Part shown: positions 13,474 through 26,975 of the stretch, in pieces
Position numbering within the stretch: position 1 is the stretch's first letter
How the letters are laid out: each line of letters opens with the position of its first letter
Assembly (NCBI GenBank): GCA_023213395.1
Contig: CM041465.1
Span: 81,971,741 to 82,035,740 of the forward strand
Direction of reading: 5' to 3'
Source of the DNA: Cycas panzhihuaensis
Lineage: Eukaryota; Plantae; Cycadophyta
DNA length: 64,000 nt
Notes under the pieces: generated by a model
What the model saw: only the letters and a program-made list of their open reading frames with translations
Database searches by the model: none
What the model was told of the DNA's origin: nothing
Made by a program: the position numbers and the translations under genes

Positions 13474-15806
13474 TGGAATTGCACCTCTAGGAGGGGTCAC
13501 TAAACCAGAATGAGATCAAGCAAAAATAACTAATAATTTTGGTGGCCATATACCTACGAGAACTAGGGAAAGAGAACACCTATAAACGGCATCTGTGCAT
13601 TGGAATATAGGTTCGAGGACCCAGAAATGATGCACAAACTCCTTTAGGGTAACTCCTCCTCAATTTGGAGTAACGAATGGAAGAGGGACCTCTTTAGTTC
13701 CCTGAGTAACCTTGAAAGGGGGCCCTTTCAACCTGGATGGTTGAAGGAGGGAGGAAGGAAGAAAGAGAATACGTCCTCACATGAAGAGGTAATGGAGGAG
13801 ATGAACCTTAGCAAGAAAGAAGAGAAACTCATGTATAAGCCTAAGGCAGCTTGTAATGCGAGTTAGACAAGAGAGCAGCTAGTTCCACAAACTAAGCATT
13901 GACCAAAGGGTATAACTTATGAGGTCTAGCTTAGGGAATAAATAAAGAAGGAGAAACAACCTTGGAAGGAGGTACTCCTAAGAAACTATACCAAAGGAGG
14001 TTCTAGGTATGAAGGGTTGACAAAGGATGTTGTCTTATTTTTGTCTTTCTATTGCTATATGATAGAGAGATGTGAAGCGAGACTATTGTGCTTAGGGTAT
14101 ACAAGAAATGACTTTAAAAGAAAAACAATGTATTCTTCCTCTTTATCTCTAGATGCAACCTCACTCTCTTTATTCTTTTATATGCAAGGAAAGAATGCAA
14201 GCAAATTGCTAAGTAGGCAAAAAGTTGAAGCAAGAGATGCAAAGCTATTTCGTGATATGCAATAAAGGGATATGAGTATGTACGGATGAGTGCCTACCCA
14301 CCTTGCCTAAGCCTTAGTAAGGGTGAAGGCCCTTACAAAAGGAGTAAACAAGTTGGTGTGCATGCATTAAAGAAGAAGGTAAGCACCTACCGATGCAGAC
14401 TAGCTAAATCCCCAACTATATGAATTCAAGTGGATAAGGAAGAAACAACTAGTAAAGTGTAAAATAGCGTAATCGTTTCTTTTCATTTTATCTAGGGGCA
14501 TACAAGAAATGGGGACTAAAGGGTAAGAGTAGGAAGACTAGGGAGAGAGACGTACCTAGAGAATATGACAATCAGGGTAGCGCTATCCTCACCATTCTCA
14601 CAATCCTTGATCTTCTCCTCATGGGTGGTGTAATGGGAAGGATGCCGACAAAAAGGAGAGGGCTTCCTTACCTTCCCCCAAAACTGAAACAAAAGGAAAA
14701 TGTAAAGAAAGGAAATGGAAACACTAAAATGACTTTACTTTACAATTTTAAAGTGATAGAAAAGCAACTACTAAGTGAAAGAGGAGCATACCTAGGATGA
14801 AGATCCCAGCTTACTCCAAACAAAAGGAAACCTACACAAACAAAGCTTGCCTTTTCCCAAGGGACACCCAACACATGTGGGGATAAGTATGTGCAAGGAA
14901 ATATGGCAAAATACATGTCTCTCTTTAAAATTAAAAAAAAACATTCAATGTTAATATTGCTCCTTATTTCACATATATTATTAAATATGTGATGTAGGAG
15001 AAAGGGGGTGAGAAGGAGAGAAATGGGTAGCCTCAGAATGGTTAACCCTCCATATCTGAATTGCTCTACGCTATCTACAAGCACCAAGAGAAAGGGTAAA
15101 GAAATTAAAACAACCCAATAATAAGTGCAAATAAGTTTCTGTAAAAGTGGACAAGAGTAGTAAAAGGAGTTACAAATGTTACAAAAGTTGTAAAGTGTAA
15201 CTTTACGCTTTGTTGCAAGAGTTAACCCAAAATACAAAAGGGGTATGGAGTAGGGTTGAAACCCTAGCCATGTAGGATCTTTGATAGCTAGTTGCAAATG
15301 CAGTAATGGGTTGCCTATGGTGTCACTAGCATATATCTTCTCCTCAATGGTTCTCCAAGAAATCAAGGGAGGTATAGAGGAGAGGGGGGTAGAGGAAGGG
15401 GGCTGCCCTTAAGGAGAAGGAGTTTTAGGTGTAGGACCCTGCCTATGGCTCCTTTCTCTCTTTGTATAACCCTCTTCCCTACTACCTCCTTGAAGAACCT
15501 AAAGAGAACCAAGAGGAAGGAAGTGGATAGGCCAAGAGGAGGGAGGGTTTGCCTCTCGATATAGTAGAGAAAAGAAGAAAGAAACTCACTACAAGAAGCA
15601 TTAGTAGAAGAGTATCTATGTTATTCAAAAGGAAAATCAAAGGACTGATCTAAGAGTACCTAGTAAAGGGAGATCTAAAGTAGACCTACCTTGCAAACCA
15701 GGTGAAGAAGAGGATCTCGTGGGGTTTGTTAGAAGAAACCCTTGTAGTGCAACAAATGAAGAACAAAACCTTAATCAAAAGGACACCTGGAGCCTGGAGC
15801 TTGGTG
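13474..15806 (-). repeat. Inverted, 5'-truncated LTR of the same Tat/Ogre-like family
   Basis: Reverse complement is collinear with ~3700-5993 (e.g. GTCCTCGAACCT, GGGGAAGGTAAGGAA, GTGACCCCT..AGAGGT) and with the LTR at 62604-64000. It ends at the LTR-terminal CA. Confidence 0.8.
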
Positions 15807-18217
15807 ATGCAATTTATCTTTCATGACCTCCCATAAACAAAAGCTTTTAGGTTTTCATGGATGACATGATGGATCTTTCATACATAAGGGCCCACCATCC
15901 TAACGATTTATGAGCCATCTTTACCAGGTCTCATAAATATCACATGAGATTAAACCCTCTTAAATATGTATTTGTTGTAAGAGCTGGCAAACTCCTTGGT
16001 TTTCTTGTTTCAAAACAAGGAATCTAGATTGATCCTAATAAAGTCAAGGCCATCCTTGGCATGTCTCCTCCCAAGACTCAACGATAAATTAAGTCATTTT
16101 TGGGTAGATTAGGCTTCCTCAGGCATATTTTGGCAAACTTAGCCATAAATGCTAAACCCCTCACTAACTTATTGAAGAAGGGGGATCCTTCCGTGTGGTC
16201 TCCAAAGGCCCAGGAAGCTTTGGAAGAGCTCAAAAGAGCCTTGGCTTCCGCCCTAATCTTGGTGCCTACCCTCTTCGATCGATCCTTTATCATTTATAAT
16301 TCATCTATTGATGAGTCATTAGGGGCTATGCTGGCCCAAGAGGATGACTCAAGAACCAAGAGGGCCATCTACTTTATCAGTTGTACCTTAGTTGTTGTTG
16401 AGCTTAACTACTCCCCTACCAAGAAGGAATGCCTCACCTTGGTGCATGCCGCCAAGAAATTCAGGCATTACCAAATGATCATTCAAACCAATCCCTTGAG
16501 ATACCTCTTAACCTGATATGATCTAATAGGTAAGATCATCAAGTGGGCCATCCTCCTTCAAGAATTTGACCTCCAAATTGTTAATAGGAAGTCAAAGAAA
16601 GGGATGGTGGTTACCGAACAACTAGCTGATTCCCCCATCTGTAACTCTTTGAACGTTGCTATTGATGATTCTTTACCAGATGAGCCTATCTTTTCCATTT
16701 AAAACTCATCCCTCTCTCCATTCATTAATAGTGAATGATACGAGGACATTATACGATACCTCACTAAGTAGTAGTATCATCTTAATGTTAGTGATAAGGT
16801 AAGGTCATACATTACGACCACTCCTAAGAAGTACTTCCTCATAGAAGGGGTGTTATATAAAAGATCCTTTGATGGCATCCTGCTTTATTCCATCGATCTT
16901 AACAGAGCAAACTAGATACTTTGTGAGTTCCATAATGACATTTGTGTAGGCCACCTTGGAGGCCAATCCATGGCCCATAGGATCTTTTGCATGGGTTACT
17001 ATTAGTTGCCCCTCTTCAAGGATGCCCGTGCCTATGCCTTGCGATGTCATAGGTGTTAGGAGCACACCAACATCTTCCATTTACCTTCCAAGGACCTACG
17101 TCCCATTTCTCCATGGCCTTTCTCTCAATGGGGATTAGAACTCATTAGGGCCATAACCCCTTCTTCTTCATTACAGCATAAGTTTATCTTGACCGTGATA
17201 AATTATTTCTCTAAATAGGTTGAAGCGTTCCCTTTGTCTTCCAGTTCCAGTAAGATGGTATCCACTTTCATCTACCAATACATTATCTGTTTATTCAAGG
17301 TTCCAGATATCTTGATCACAGATAATGAAACTCCCATTTATGATAAAGAAATAGATGAGATTTGTAAGAAGTTTCAAATATCCCATAACATTTCCTCTGC
17401 TTATTACCCTCGAGCCAATGGCCAAATTGAATCATTTAAGAAAACTCTCATAAGCATCCTAAAGAAAACCATCGCTTAATCTGAAGAATATTGGCACCTT
17501 CAACTTCCCTTAGCTTTATGGGTGTACGACACTTCCATTTGCATAGCCAGAGGGATGACTTTTTTCTCCCTTGTGTATGGAACTGAGGTAGTCCTTCCTT
17601 TGGAAGTTGAAATTCCCTCCTTGTAGTTTCCTTCGAGGTATTATCGATAGGGAATCGTATTGTTAGGACTACCTCCTTGACCTCGAAGCTTTAGACGAGA
17701 GGCATTTGATTGTATATCAAGCAAATCTTACCTCTAAATCTAGGGTGCAAAGAACGTATGACAAATATCTTTGCCCTCACCCTTTGCATCCTAAGGGCCA
17801 TGTCCTTAAGTTAGAATATCTCCATGATCGCCTATCCAAATTTGGGCCTAAATGGGTTCGTCCTTCCGTCATTCTTGAAAGTGTCGATAATGGCGCCTAT
17901 AGGATTACAACTCTAGAAGGTCTTGAGTTTAAGAAGGCCATAAACAGTAAATTCCTAAAGAAATTCTATGTGTAACCTTCCCTACTCCTGAGTAGATTAG
18001 GCACACCCCTTCTCCTCTTTCACTCTGAAATAAGCCTGAACTACCTCTTAGTGTGTCTCCATTCTTCCTAACCACAGGTAGAATGGTGGCTTAGGGTGGC
18101 CTCTCACTTTTATAATTCCATCTCCTCTATTTTAAATTTTCCATTTCCCTCATAGGGGAACCCTTCATCCTAGTTATATGTGTATACTTACGTTGCTCCT
18201 AAGCATGGAATTACACC
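15803..18217 (+). mobile_element. Second, diverged copy of the RT(C-term)-RNaseH-integrase-3'UTR region of the Tat-like element
   Basis: Collinear with 10689-~13070, from GGTGATGCAATTTATCTT to AAGCATGGAATTACACC. ORFs 16100-16516 (RH) and 17706-17975 (INT C-terminus, ...KFLKKFYV*). Confidence 0.92.
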
Positions 18218-19334
18218 TAATCTGAATTTGAATGGAAAAGTAAAGACTTAATCCAATCGAAACAAATCCAGAACAAATTTACAATAATATTACATTAATT
18301 TGAAGATATTTAAAATTTCTCTTATAAAATTCCTTATGTTTGTGCTCTATTGAGCATGCAAAGTATTGCTACAGCAAGTTGGGAGAGATAAAATGACTGT
18401 TGGGTACTTTTTAGACTGCTATACACTCTTTGGAACCACTGCCAACAAAGTATGCATGGAGTTTTGGTTGTTGATAACCAAAAGAAATCCCTTTCTTGGA
18501 GAAGAATTCTACTGGCGTCTCTTCCTTGGACTGCTGCGACTATTTTTTTCTTCCCTCAGGTGCAACTACGCCTTCTTGGGCTCCTTCACTACCCCCACAG
18601 ACAGATTTAGGTGTTGTTCTGTCGCTCCTTCCATCTATTTGCACTTTCATTTCTTCTTTCTCTCCTATGCAGATTTTCCATCTTAGAGACGTTCTTTCTT
18701 TTTAAAAAGTAATTTTGGATCAGCTTTCCTCAAATCTTGCTCCTCTTATTGCATTTATGGCTGCTGGGCATCCTTCCATGTCTTTCGTGAAGAAAATTCA
18801 TTGTTTTAAAACCCTACGATGCGTAGTTTCTTCCTCAACGATTTTTCTATTTTTTAGTTCTTCAATGAATTCATAAACGGTTAAAAAAAACCCACCTAAA
18901 CCCATTTAATCTATGGGTTTTTCTCTTTTATTGCATAGAGGACACGTGTAAAAATGTCCTAAAATTTTATGCAAAACAGACTCCGTTTTCCCCATCAAAA
19001 ACATTATCGTTTTTACATTTTTACCATTTTCCATTTTTTGCAGTTCGCACTGTTGCACCTGCAGTCCGCATTGGTTGTACTTGTAGTTGTTCTTGCAGTT
19101 GCACTTGTAAACTACGTGGTTGCACTTGTAGACCACTTGATTACACTTAGTTGCACTTATAGTCCACTTGGTTGCACTTGTAGACCACCCTGTTGCACTT
19201 AGTTGTACTTGGTTGTACTTTTTTTTACATTTTTTAAGCATCTTAATGGCATTTTTCTATTAAATGAAGGTTACAAATATGAAAAACAAGGCATTTTAAG
19301 AGTATTATGAAATTAAAGATCTAAAAATAGATTA
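18218..19334 (-). repeat. 3' LTR of the minus-strand gypsy element
   Basis: Terminal inverted ends TAATCT...AGATTA (decayed TGATCT...AGATCA). Adjacent PPT at 19338-19349 reads AAAAAAAGGGAG on the minus strand. Confidence 0.7.
19041..19220. repeat. Minisatellite of GTTGCACTT(G/A) units inside the LTR
   Basis: More than 10 imperfect copies of a ~10-bp unit, partly organised as 21-bp dimers. Confidence 0.85.
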
Positions 19335-19379
19335 GAACTCCCTTTTTTTAGGAGTTCATGGCCTCATGAACTTTATAGT

Positions 19380-22300
19380 TGTAGATGAGGGAATTTGATT
19401 TTCCCTATCTCCCTATTGTACCATTTTACCTTGTTGGGTACTTATCCTTTTTCTACAATTTTGAAGGACTCGATTGTGCCTCTTCGAGTCTTGGTCTACT
19501 TTATTTGAAGAATGCAATTATTTTTCATTGGTTCCTCTTTCTCTATTCATAGCTCCTCTAGATTTGGTAAGAGTGGAACTCTGTCTTCGTCTTCATCCAA
19601 CATGGATGGCTTGAACATCTTTAGATTCTCAACATTCACTATGGAATACATCTTCATGAATTCTGGAAGTTCAAGATAGAAATCATTTTCCCCAATCTTC
19701 TTCAAGATTGTAAAAGGACCATAATGTATAGGCTTTAACTTTTTGCCTTCACCTTGCAATTATTTTTTACTAAGGTACAACCAAACTCTATCTCCTTCTT
19801 TAAAGGAATGGCTGGTTCTATATATATCATGCCTCTGTTTGTATCTTTGTTGGGATTTTTAAAGCTTCTCTTCAACCTGTTGATGGATTTTTTTGATTCT
19901 TTCCAAGAATCTTTGTGCCTTTTCATCTGCTTCTTCCTCCTTTCCATTTTCTATAGAAAGTTGAGTAGAAAATTCTAGATCAAAAGGACTTGCAGGAAGA
20001 AATTCTAAATATACCTTAAATGGTGGTTTCTGGGTTGAGCTATGGATAGCTCTATTGAAGGCAAATTGCAAGTATAGGAGACTTTCATCCCAAGTCTTAG
20101 GATGCTTGGTATTATATCCTCGTAACAACTGTACTAATGTCCTATTGACAACTTCAGTCTGGTCGTATGTTTGAGGATAAAAAGTCATGCTTATATTTAG
20201 CTTCGTATCCATCATTCCCCAAAGTGTTTGCTAAAAATGAATTAGAAATCTAATGTATCAATCAGAAATGATTAAGTAGGGAAGTCCAAAATGCTCCCAA
20301 ATATGCAGGAAAAATAATATAGCTATGTCTTCTCCTGTATGTGTCTTTCTATAGGGAATCAATATCACCATTTTACTGAACCAATCAAAAACTACAAACA
20401 AATAATCCATACCATTTTTGGTTCATGGTAGTCCTCCGAGGAAATCCATGGAGATACTCTCCCATGGTCGTGATGGAACAGGAAGTGGAATGTACAATCC
20501 AAACTTCCTATTGGCCAGCTTTGATGTGCTACTTAATGTACACCTTCGTACTATTGTAGTCACATCTTGATGCATATTTGGCTAATACATATATTGCTAC
20601 AAGTTTAGTAATGTCTTTCCCACTCCAAATTGTCCTGGAACCCAAGAGGTGTGAGCTTATCTTACCACTTCATTCGGTCTATATGTTTTAGAATGTAAAG
20701 CTTGTCTTACTTGAAAAGAAGGCCATCTTTCATCTAGAAATCAGCAACTACTTTTCCTTGCTGTAGCTACTCAAAGACAGGCTTGAATGCCTCATCTTTC
20801 AGGTATAAATCAACATATTCATCATGGAAGAAAGGTTGAAATTGTATAGCTACCAACAAACTAGAAATACCTTATTGTTGAGGAGGTCTAGACAATAAGT
20901 CTATAATTTTATTTGTTGTTCCTTTCTTGTACTTAACTACAATGTGAAACTGCTATAAATATGACATCCACTTCATATGCCTAGCCTATTGCAATTTGGA
21001 CTGAGTCTGCAAGAATTATAAAGGCTTGTGGTCAATGGGGATGACCACTTCTTTTCCCAACAAATATGGTCTCCAATGCTTCACTGCTTGGTGCAATGCA
21101 TAGAGCTCCTTATCATATGTTGGGTAGTTTATGACAGTTCCATTAAATGTCTCTAAATGGTATGTTATTGGTCTTCCTTCTTGCTTCAACACTTCTCCTA
21201 TGGCATAGCCTGAAGCATCAGTCTCAAATTTAAATGGTTTCTACAACGAGAGTAAAGTTAAAACTGGTGCCTCACAAATTTTCTGCTTCAAAAGCCTGAA
21301 AGCTTTTTCTTGTTCATTCTCCCAATGAAACTTTACATGTCCTCCCGTCAATGTATGAAGAGGTGTTACAATTTGAGAGAATTTGAAAATAAATTTTCTT
21401 AAATATTAATATGCACCAATGAAACTTCTTACTTCCGTGGTTGTCTTGGGTGTGGGCTAATTGAGAATGAGTTTAATTTTTGTTAGGTCAATCTTCAACT
21501 CTCCTCCTCCAACTATGAAACCTAAGAAGATGAGAGATGACTTTCTAAACTCGCACTTCTTCATATTAAGTTTCAACTGTTGCTCTTGGAGAACTTTGAG
21601 CACTTGCTCAACATGTTGGAGATGCTCCTCTCAAGTATGACTAAAAATCAGAATATCATCTAGATAAACAAATACAAAGTCATCAATGAAAGGTCTTAAT
21701 ACCTCATTCATCAACCTCATGGAGGTGGTAGGTGCATTACATAGACCAAACGACATTACCAACCATTCAAATAATCCTTTCTTCAATTTGAAGGTTGTCT
21801 TCCAAGCATCCTCCTCTCAGATTGGAACCTGATGGTAGCCTGATTTCAGGTCCAATTTGTTAAAATATCTTGCTGACTATAGCTGATCTAATAAGTTATT
21901 GATCCATGGTAAGGGATGTCGATTCTTTATGGTGATCTTATTCAAAGCCCGGTAATCAATGCACATTCTCCATCCTCCATCTTTCTTTGGCACCAAAATA
22001 ATAGGTGAACTACATGGGGAACAACTCGACTTGATCATTTCTTGTTCTAAGAGTTCTTAAATCTGCCTCTTAATCTCTTCATTCTCCAAAACCAAGTTTT
22101 AGTAGAGACTAAGATTTGGCAAAGGTGAATCGTCAACCAGTTGGATTTCATGTTCAATTTCCCTTTTAGGGGGCAGCCCTTTTGGCTCTTGGAATACGTT
22201 ATTATACTTATTCCTTAGGCCTTTAATCTGCTATACTTGCTTCCTATCTAGTGCCTATATTAAGGACTATGCTTGCTCTTTTCCTTCCACATTTTGCTTT

Positions 22301-23245
22301 ATCATCAGTAGCACAAACTTCGTACAAGCATTAATCAATCTTTTCACTTGTTGGGAAGCTATGAGAGAGATCTTCTTTTATGGATTTGATGCATTGATCG
22401 GATATGATTTCCCATCCTTGATGAGTCGAATCTCTCTCAGCCTCCTATGATGAACTCCATCTCTATCATAGAGATATGGGATGCCAAACACAACTTGACA
22501 AACATCCAAAGGGACTACTTCATCAATGAACTTTTGGCTTCCTCTATCAAATATGGCATTAACCATACTTTGCTTCACTTGGATTCTTACCATGAAGAGC
22601 TCCTCTCTAATCTCTGGATCAACTTGTTGATGGTTATTTTTAGGCTATGCATTAGCCATGAGCATCAACTTCTCATTGACTCCTTCAATGCCAAAAACTT
22701 CTTCATCACCCATAGAGTTAAGTAAAGCTTTACCTTCACTTTTAGCTTTACCTTTTCCTTTGTTCTTGGGTCATTTCTCTGGGTGTAGGAACTGACAATC
22801 TTCTATGATGTGACCCGCTCACTTGCAATGAGTACAAGTGACTTTGATTTGGGTGGTATTGACTTGTTTCTTCTTGCTAAAACCCCCAATGGGTTGTTGT
22901 CCAACTTTACCTGGAAACCTCTTTCCTTGGGTAGGTTTGTTGCTACCTTCTTGAGGTGCAAGCTTTTCCCTCTCAGTGAAAACCTTCTTATTCCTTTTTT
23001 CTATGGTAAGCACCTTCTTGCTAGCTTCATCGAGCGATTTAACTTTAAACAGTTGAAGTTCTTGCTGAATATGCTGGTGCAGCCCTCCAATATACTTTAG
23101 CATGATGTCTTTACCCAGTAAAGAGATGCCCAATACAACAGCTTGCTTTTGAAATTCTGTTGTGTAGTCTTGGACATTTTGGCCTCTTTCCTGTTGGTAA
23201 TATTATGATTTAATCATCTATTGCTCTTCATACCCAATAGGATAG
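19380..23245 (-). pseudogene. Degenerate Ty3/gypsy gag-pol (same lineage as 1-957), 5' end lost in the gap
   Basis: Gag KYIGGLHQHIQQEL with Zn knuckle CTHCK*AGHIIEDC (~22795-22836). Protease [81 protein letters not shown] and GKKLKPIHYGPF. Confidence 0.93.
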
Positions 23246-23745
23246 NNNNNNNNNNNNNNNNNNNNNNNNNNNNNNNNNNNNNNNNNNNNNNNNNNNNNNN
23301 NNNNNNNNNNNNNNNNNNNNNNNNNNNNNNNNNNNNNNNNNNNNNNNNNNNNNNNNNNNNNNNNNNNNNNNNNNNNNNNNNNNNNNNNNNNNNNNNNNNN
23401 NNNNNNNNNNNNNNNNNNNNNNNNNNNNNNNNNNNNNNNNNNNNNNNNNNNNNNNNNNNNNNNNNNNNNNNNNNNNNNNNNNNNNNNNNNNNNNNNNNNN
23501 NNNNNNNNNNNNNNNNNNNNNNNNNNNNNNNNNNNNNNNNNNNNNNNNNNNNNNNNNNNNNNNNNNNNNNNNNNNNNNNNNNNNNNNNNNNNNNNNNNNN
23601 NNNNNNNNNNNNNNNNNNNNNNNNNNNNNNNNNNNNNNNNNNNNNNNNNNNNNNNNNNNNNNNNNNNNNNNNNNNNNNNNNNNNNNNNNNNNNNNNNNNN
23701 NNNNNNNNNNNNNNNNNNNNNNNNNNNNNNNNNNNNNNNNNNNNN
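23246..23745. other. Assembly gap (500 N)
   Basis: Run of exactly 500 N; the sequences on either side are unrelated. Confidence 0.99.
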
Positions 23746-23930
23746 ACTCAACATTGCATAAGAAACCACCATCAAACAGACATACCATGATGAGAGATTC
23801 TTCATAACTCATTATTTTATTAATCCGACATTGAATATAATGGCTTTTACTATTGTGAAAATTATGATATGACTCAAAATGCTTAGACCTCATTCCTAAA
23901 GAACAAATACTTTCTATAAATTACAAAGAA

Positions 23931-24075
23931 TTTGGCTCTAACCTATCAGAGAACATGCCATATGATCCATTAACTTGGCTCTCACAATTGAGAACATGCC
24001 ATATGATCTACTAACCTGTACCCACCATCATGGAGAACATATCATATGATGTATTTAACTTGGTTCTTCACAACC
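23931..24075. repeat. ~42-bp tandem repeat, about 3 copies
   Basis: GAGAACATGCCATATGATC..TAAC core recurs at ~23948, ~23990 and ~24032. Confidence 0.8.
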
Positions 24076-24849
24076 CCAAAATAAGTTGATAATTCCGCTA
24101 TTTATACCTTATTTCATACATTGTTTGGATGTAAAAGTCACAACTGATATCTTGAAGTAACTTTTGACCTTTAACAATAAAACTTGATTGCACTTTATTA
24201 AAGCTATGTTATTTTTGTATAGTTGTATGGTTGTATAGCTTCTCATTTCCTCATAGCCATAAGTGTTGAAACAACTAATTCGCTTTAACCATTCTGAGAT
24301 TATTCTTAAAACTATTATAGCCATTTCTTTGGGCCTACTTTTATTTATTCAAGGATCAGGTTCATTTTGGGTTATTTTAGGTCAGCTTTGGTTGTTTTAG
24401 GCCCTTTATCTATTTTAGGCCATTTTCAAAGCCCCTTTGTGAATGCTATATAAATGTTGCATATGTTATAATATATTGTAACATATCTGTACCATCATAA
24501 AGGAGAAAGATCTCACTTATTAATAACTATGTTATTTAGTGGTTTGAGACATTGATGTGATAAATAGTTCTTAACATTAGTTTCATTACTAAAATCCTTG
24601 AGTAGAAAAGGACTCGAGGCTTAGTGGATGGACAAGAGTATATTAAAAGACCAAAGGACCTTGGTTTAGACGTAATGGTAGTTTTAACTAACACATGATA
24701 GTTAAGGGACTTTGATGCCACATAATAAACCTTCATATAGTGGAATACTAGAGTCAAACCATTAGTGGACAATATAATAGGTGAAGCAAAGCCAATTAAG
24801 ATGAGTGCACAAAAGGGCACACCACTAAGAAAAGGGACTAAAGAGAAGC

Positions 24850-26960
24850 ATGCAAAACATTGAAAATGTTAGTCAAGCTAACACCATAAATAATTAGAAG
24901 TGAAGAAACCACTATTATAATAGAATTAACACCAAAAGTATCTAAATTTCAAAGTGTATATTAACAAAAGTAGAGAAAATTTTAAACTAGAGAATAGCTT
25001 AAACAAATATAAGTAATAATGATGATAAGGAAAAGAAAGGATTTAATATAGTTTATGAAAATTACTTCACAAGGAAGTTATTTAATACACTACTAGAACT
25101 GGAAGATGAGACATGCCTGATAAGTATACCATTGGCAATGGAAATACTAGGGGTAAAAGAGACAATATAAGTAAAATCCCTAAAACATTATCTATTATTT
25201 AAAGGATGAGTAGAGACCACACCAAAGATAGGGTTTTCACAAATAATAAACATAATGATTAGAGGAATGTCAAAGGTAAAGATGCTAAAGATGGAATCTT
25301 CTAGATATTATAACAAACATCTATGGCTATTCAAAAATATGGTTGAAGTAAATAGATTACCGATGAAAATAACATCAGCGAAGATCTTTTCACCTTATAG
25401 GGAGTACCATTATCCTACAAAGAACTTGATACTAAAACTAAATTTTAAGGGATATTATAAAGAATTATAAAAAAAGATTATAAAAACTAAGAAGTAACAA
25501 AGTAATAGTCCAAGCATTAACTTAAAATAAAGACTAAGGGAATCAATGTTAGATCATTTGAGCTATATGGATATCATGCTATAGAATATGGAAAATGAGG
25601 AAAATTTTCTAAATTTTATACTAAAAAGGATCTTTATAAATGGGTTATAGCCACAACTAATGTTACCTATGAAGCAATGACTGAAATAATTCATTTCCAT
25701 AATTTAAGGAGTGGGCCTTATAACTAGAAAAAAAGATGGAGTTTAAAGAAATGGGAACTTGAGATTATATAATTAAGATATTACAAGATGAAATTAATAA
25801 ACTTATAATGGAATAAACTTGTAAAGTAGTATTAAAAGATTAAATTTTGGAATTAGAAAACCTATGAAAAGAAGTAGTAAATATGAAACTAGAAATGAAA
25901 AAAGAAAAAGAAAAAGAAAAAAGGTGGATGAAAGGATGAATAGTAGTCAAGGCACCACGGCAAGTATAGATTCCAAATAGTATCTATCACATTTGTCATG
26001 TAGGTATACTTTACAAATAAATGTTATTACTAATAAACGATAACAATATAAATAGAGAATACAAGTATGGATTCATACACAATTAAGAAGAATTATTTAA
26101 ATCTAAATAGTATAAGGAAGGAGTTAAATACTATCACATTAGAAAATATATATATGCACCATGAAGGACTATTATTATAACCTTGAGAAAAGAGCACTTA
26201 TGATAGAGGTTGAGGGATCAGAAGTGAATCTTATACACATATGTAATAAAAACTATCACAAATGATTCTAAAGAAAAGATCCTAATAATAAGGTGATTGG
26301 TTTGATTGAGTTCACATATTGAGATTAGATTATAACTCTAAAATAGTTATAGACAATAGCACCCATGAATGTAAAAATTATGGTTTCAGCATCATCCTTC
26401 ATATAATTATTTGTTAAATATAAGATCAAGCAACCTTATATTAATTAAACCTAACATACTAAAGCCATGAATCTATAGATAATAGGCAAATTGATAAGTA
26501 GCCCTAATAAGGATGAGCTAGATTACTTAAGATCTAAGATGAAAAATCATTACTTTCCCTAAGTGAAGAAGGAATTAAAGGAAGTAATTAGGGAAGTGAA
26601 AAAGAGCCACCTCACCTTATAAACCAAATGTTAAGAAAATATATAAAAGGAGGGGATCCCTAAAATATAGTGAGATTATTATAGTAGGGAATTCATAAGT
26701 AATTGAGAACATAGAAATTGATGTGGTCCAACTATTCAATAACATCCCCTTAGAAGACATTAAGAGGATGTTAAGACTTAAAGAATCTAGCAAAGTAGTT
26801 AAAGCTAATCATTCTACTATTCCAAGTAATCTAGGATGAACTAGCCCAATATTTCATAATACCTATCACAAAATAGAACAAAGAGTATAATGAAGGTAAA
26901 ATAACAAAGTAGATTTACTATTATTGTAACAAAAGAACTTATTACAGAAGTACATGAACT
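24850..26960 (+). other. Possible endogenous caulimovirid (pararetrovirus) relic: coat protein then movement protein
   Basis: Strongly A-rich plus strand. Lys-rich tract followed by a decayed Zn knuckle (I-Y-H-I-C-H-V-G-x-Y-F-T-N-K-C, ~25982-26023). Then MP-like fragments YMHHEG / RALMIEVEGSEVNLIHICNK / KVIGLIEF (~26150-26315). Needs several frameshifts to read. Confidence 0.45.
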
Positions 26961-26975
26961 AAAAGAGCACCACAA

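Noticed and set aside
14740-15366. 208-aa hydrophobic ORF (env-like or Ogre ORF1?)
   Set aside because: It lies within the inverted LTR, has no recognisable motif, and the homologous region at ~4150-4780 is not open.
23218-23893. Long ORFs in the ORF track
   Set aside because: Artefacts of the N gap.
23931-24075. CRISPR-like repeat/spacer appearance
   Set aside because: Only ~3 units, the 'spacers' are related to each other, the context is eukaryotic and there are no cas genes; an ordinary tandem repeat.
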